In this document: positions 61,151-64,000 of the stretch, piece after piece | Layout of the letters: each line of letters begins with the position of its first letter | Position numbering within the stretch: the first letter of the stretch is position 1 | Translations under genes and position numbers: made by a program | The notes under the pieces: generated by a model | Databases searched by the model: none | Seen by the model: the letters and a program-made list of their open reading frames with translations, nothing else | What the model was told of the DNA's origin: nothing | Assembly (NCBI GenBank): GCA_032906705.1 | Contig: JAJTZC010000001.1 | Location: forward strand, 9,464-73,463 | From: Nitrososphaerales archaeon | GTDB lineage: Archaea > Thermoproteota > Nitrososphaeria > Nitrososphaerales > Gagatemarchaeaceae | Reading direction: 5' to 3' | Length of the DNA: 64,000 nt

Positions 61151-61588
61151 CTAGTCCGTGTCCATTGCCAGGGCTGCCACCGCAAATCCGAAGATCAGTG
61201 TCGCTGTGGCTTGATGGAGCGCCACGAGCGCAGGACCGAGGTTCTGGGCCACGACGAGCGCCCCGAGGAAAATCTGGAAGAGAAGCAGAAGTGAGGCAAC
61301 TATCAGCGCCCTGGTTGAGGGGTTCGGGCCAGTGGCAGCCCTCCAGTAGAGGAACGTTGTCACGAAGAGGAAGAGAGATGAGAGAGCCGCAAGGAGCCTG
61401 TGCGAGTACTCGACGATCGGCCCAACTTGCGCGGGGGGGAAAAGGTTGCCGTTGCAAAGAGGCCAGTCCGCAGGCACCTGCGATCCGCAGGCCTCGCCGT
61501 AGTCGCCGGCTGCAACATACGCACCGACTACGATGACGGCAAAGAGAAAGAACAGCGTGTAGGCGAGCATCACTGTCCTGCCGTGCAA
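61151..61588 (-). CDS. ctaA: short four-helix heme A synthase (CtaA/COX15 family)
   Basis: ACGSQVPADWPLCNG Cys pair, EYSHRLLA and ALHQATA His motifs. 145 aa with 4 TM segments. Confidence 0.65.
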   Translation of the reverse strand: MHGRTVMLAYTLFFLFAVIVVGAYVAAGDYGEACGSQVPADWPLCNGNLFPPAQVGPIVEYSHRLLAALSSLFLFVTTFLYWRAATGPNPSTRALIVASLLLLFQIFLGALVVAQNLGPALVALHQATATLIFGFAVAALAMDTD

Positions 61589-61630
61589 ATCGGACGCTCC
61601 TCTCTCGAGTTGTCTTAAATTGTTTGCAGG

Positions 61631-61963
61631 CTACGCGGCAGTCAGGCTTTCCAGCTTCTTCTTGAAGACTGCGGCGGGCACAGCGCCTACGACCATGTCT
61701 TCAACCTTACCCTTTGAGAAGAACATCACTGTGGGTATGCTCAAGATGCCGAAGCTGGCAGCTAGCTTCTGGTTGTCATCCGTGTTCACCTTCACGAACT
61801 TCACCCTCCCTGCATACTCTCGCGACAGCTGCTCGATCGCTGGGGCGATCATCCTGCATGGTCCGCACCAGTCGGCGTAGAAGTCCACAAGCACGGGCAT
61901 CTCTGAGTGGATGACCTCACTCTGGAACTTGTCTTCCTGTATGTGTTGAATCGTTTCGCTCAT
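61631..61963 (-). CDS. trxA: thioredoxin
   Basis: VLVDFYADWCGPCRMIAP active site. Start at MSETIQHIQ. Confidence 0.9.
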   Translation of the reverse strand: MSETIQHIQEDKFQSEVIHSEMPVLVDFYADWCGPCRMIAPAIEQLSREYAGRVKFVKVNTDDNQKLAASFGILSIPTVMFFSKGKVEDMVVGAVPAAVFKKKLESLTAA

Positions 61964-62053
61964 CGTGTTCACCAGAATCCCGGTTTGGCGCCTGTTAATA
62001 TTTCTGCCTCCCCTCCCACTTGGCCCTGCTCCCAAGGACGCGCTCGCCCGCCC

Positions 62054-63274
62054 CTACAGGGTCTTTGTTGCCCGAAGCCTTCTCGAGATGACTAGGTCGT
62101 TGAGTGGGGTGACGTCGGGACGCTCCTTCCTGAGGTCGTAGGTAGCCATCGTCCCGTGAGAAATGCAGCGCCTTGCTAGGGAGGGGAAGTCGTGGAAATC
62201 CGACAGAGTGTCGATCAGGGCCCCCTTGACCCGCGTCTTGGGGTGCCTGGTGATAATGGCGCAGCAGTCTCTGTATTCCTCTATTGAAGGCTCGTAGGTG
62301 CCAATCCTCTTGGCCAGTTGGACTATCTCCTCCTTGTCGTAGCCAAGGAGAGGCCTGAGGATTGGGAACTTCGACCCGCTGTCGAAGACCCCGATGTTCC
62401 AGATGGTCTGCGAAGCTGCCTGGGAGAGGCTGTCGCCGGTGGAGACCGCGTTCGCCCGGAAGAGCAGTGCAAGCTCCTCGGCTGTCACCCTCATGAACCT
62501 CCTGAAGAGGGAAGGCTCGGAATCAAATGGGGCGCCGACAGTAGCCAGCTGATACTCCGTGAAGGGGATCAAGAGGAGGCTGCTCCTGCCTGTGTATTCG
62601 GTGAGGAGCCTGACGAGGCGGGCGACCTTGCTGTCCAGAGCGTACTCGGCCGTCGGCGCGAGAAAGAAGTGAACGTAGATCGGCTGGCAGCCCCGTTTCA
62701 TCAGCAGCCAAGCGGCCACTGGAGAATCTATCCCTCCTGAGAAGAGGTGCATCACCCTTCCGCCCGTGCCCACTGGCAGGCCTCCGAGGCCCCTCCTCTT
62801 CTCGGAATAGACCAGTGCCCGCCCTCTCAGGACGTCGACATGGAACGTCGCTGCGGGCTCGGATAGGTCCACGCGCCTCCCGGTGTCCGCGACCACGTCG
62901 CCGCCGAGACGCCTCGCCAGTTCCATCGACCCTAAGGGGAAGGTCTTGTCCGACCTGCGCGCCGCAATCATGAAGCTTCCAGTACCACCGCGGGCCGCGC
63001 TGAGGATGGCCTCCTTTATCTCAGCGTAATCCTCATCGACCTGGGACGCCTTTGCGTACCATGCCACCCCGAAGACCTTCGACAGTGCTGATTCGACAAG
63101 AGGTTGGTCCGCAGAAGTCTCGAGGATGAACCTCCCGTCCTTGGACTCGACCTTCACATCGCCTAGGCCCACCGCGACGCGCCTGAGGTTCCGCCTCAGG
63201 GAACGCACGAACTCGGGCCTGTTCTGCCCCTTCAGCGCAATCTCTGCGTAGTGGACCGCGTAGATGCTTGGCAA
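62054..63274 (-). CDS. thiI: tRNA 4-thiouridine synthase ThiI (THUMP plus PP-loop, no rhodanese domain)
   Basis: YAEIALKGQNRPEFV N-terminus and PP-loop HLFSGGIDSPVAAWL. Confidence 0.9.
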   Translation of the reverse strand: MPSIYAVHYAEIALKGQNRPEFVRSLRRNLRRVAVGLGDVKVESKDGRFILETSADQPLVESALSKVFGVAWYAKASQVDEDYAEIKEAILSAARGGTGSFMIAARRSDKTFPLGSMELARRLGGDVVADTGRRVDLSEPAATFHVDVLRGRALVYSEKRRGLGGLPVGTGGRVMHLFSGGIDSPVAAWLLMKRGCQPIYVHFFLAPTAEYALDSKVARLVRLLTEYTGRSSLLLIPFTEYQLATVGAPFDSEPSLFRRFMRVTAEELALLFRANAVSTGDSLSQAASQTIWNIGVFDSGSKFPILRPLLGYDKEEIVQLAKRIGTYEPSIEEYRDCCAIITRHPKTRVKGALIDTLSDFHDFPSLARRCISHGTMATYDLRKERPDVTPLNDLVISRRLRATKTL

Positions 63275-63316
63275 GGGAGCATCATCACAACGGAAGGATG
63301 GATAAAGGGTTGCGCG

Positions 63317-64000
63317 CTAGATTACGGCCGCGACCATGGCCACGAGGAAGATCACCGCGAGGTAGGGCGCGGAGAACTTGAAAGCAAGGAAGGCGTTCTC
63401 CTTGGTCGGCGCGCGCAGAACCTTGATGTTCGTGGCAAGCAAGAAGGCGTCGAAGAGCAGTACGCCCCCAAGGTAGATCAGCAGGCCCGTTCCGAAGAGG
63501 AATGGCGCCAGCGACAGGCTCACTGGTATGAGAATCAGTGTGTTTGCCACGATGTACTTCGAGGCTGCCGCAGAGCCCACCACTGAAGGCAGCATCGGGA
63601 TGCCCACCGCCGAGTAGTCTTCCTCCATTATCACAGCGAGGCTCCAGAAGTGGCTGGGAGTCCAAACAAGAACGAGCGTCGCCAGAATCCACCCAACCAC
63701 AGGGTTAGCGAAGGTCACGGCGTACCAGCCGGCAAGGGCTGCGCAGCTCCCGGCGAAGCCCCCAAGCACGATGTTCCAGCTCGTCCGTGGCTTGAGCCAT
63801 ATCGTGTAGACAGGGACGTATACGAAGGCGCCGAAGGCGATGAAGAAAGTGGCGACGGCGTTTATCGTGAAGGACGCGATCACTATGCCGGAAGCGAGCA
63901 ACGCGAATCCGAGCACCAGCGCGTGGCTCGGTGGCACTATGCGATGCGCCGGGAGCGGCCGGTTCATGGTCCTCTTCATCCGGGAATCGATTCCCATCTC
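63317..64000 (-). CDS. ctaB: protoheme IX farnesyltransferase (heme O synthase), 5' end beyond the window
   Basis: ...DSRMKRTMNRPLPAHRI... UbiA-type motif and multiple TM segments. The ORF is open at the window end. Confidence 0.85.
   Translation of the reverse strand, partial: EMGIDSRMKRTMNRPLPAHRIVPPSHALVLGFALLASGIVIASFTINAVATFFIAFGAFVYVPVYTIWLKPRTSWNIVLGGFAGSCAALAGWYAVTFANPVVGWILATLVLVWTPSHFWSLAVIMEEDYSAVGIPMLPSVVGSAAASKYIVANTLILIPVSLSLAPFLFGTGLLIYLGGVLLFDAFLLATNIKVLRAPTKENAFLAFKFSAPYLAVIFLVAMVAAVI

Noticed and set aside
60084-61154. 356-aa ORF on the + strand
   Set aside because: It is antisense to tyrS, which has unambiguous TyrRS motifs, and shows artefact-like composition.
1-64000. 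CRISPR arrays, rRNA genes, IS elements with terminal inverted repeats
   Set aside because: There are no regularly spaced repeats, no non-coding stretch long enough for rRNA, and no transposase-like ORF. The largest non-coding region (12.6-13.6 kb) has no periodic repeats.

Overview
GC-rich (roughly 60% by eye) and very compact archaeal chromosome segment. Archaeal markers include RadA/RadB, archaeal-type SAM synthetase, an Sm-like protein, Rio2, an NFACT/RqcH homolog, TATA-like boxes about 25-30 nt upstream of many start codons (leaderless-style), and TFIIB-like and ParB-like element genes. I found no rRNA, tRNA or CRISPR array by eye. The window has three parts. (1) 1-15 kb is accessory. It holds a lower-GC cluster of small secreted/membrane proteins and an 878-aa sequon-rich surface protein. 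It also holds a ~9-kb integrase-bearing island (6.0-15.0 kb) abutting pyrG, with ParB-fold/Zn-ribbon, TFIIB-like, RHH and wHTH genes, a truncated MFS gene, a low-GC sub-island and a decayed gene-poor stretch. (2) 15-26 kb is housekeeping: pyrG, a ThiR-ThiT-HypE-like thiamine locus with a perfect palindrome over a shared bidirectional TATA box, nucleoside hydrolase, Rio2, MAT, Sm, RadB and NFACT. (3) 26-47 kb is an acyl-CoA/electron-transfer neighbourhood. It contains a membrane HdrD/EtfD-like Fe-S oxidoreductase, an HpcH aldolase, ACAD-EtfB-EtfA, PrpD-like, TrmB, LLM, MenA, IlvE, a canonical thiolase and FadD. It also contains an unusual five-gene cluster: two thiolase-fold paralogs that both lack the canonical Cys/His catalytic residues, an acetoacetyl-CoA-synthetase-like ligase, and two DUF35 Zn-ribbon/OB proteins. 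The remainder (47-64 kb) carries DUF373, UppS, an eL22-like small protein with a long E/K tail, a two-repeat unknown protein, Nudix, Ino1, a second giant surface protein, RadA, AsnRS, a glycosyltransferase, AMMECR1, Mut7-C, TyrRS, short CtaA, thioredoxin, ThiI and CtaB (truncated at the window end). All functional calls come from motif recognition on the supplied translations; no database search was possible.
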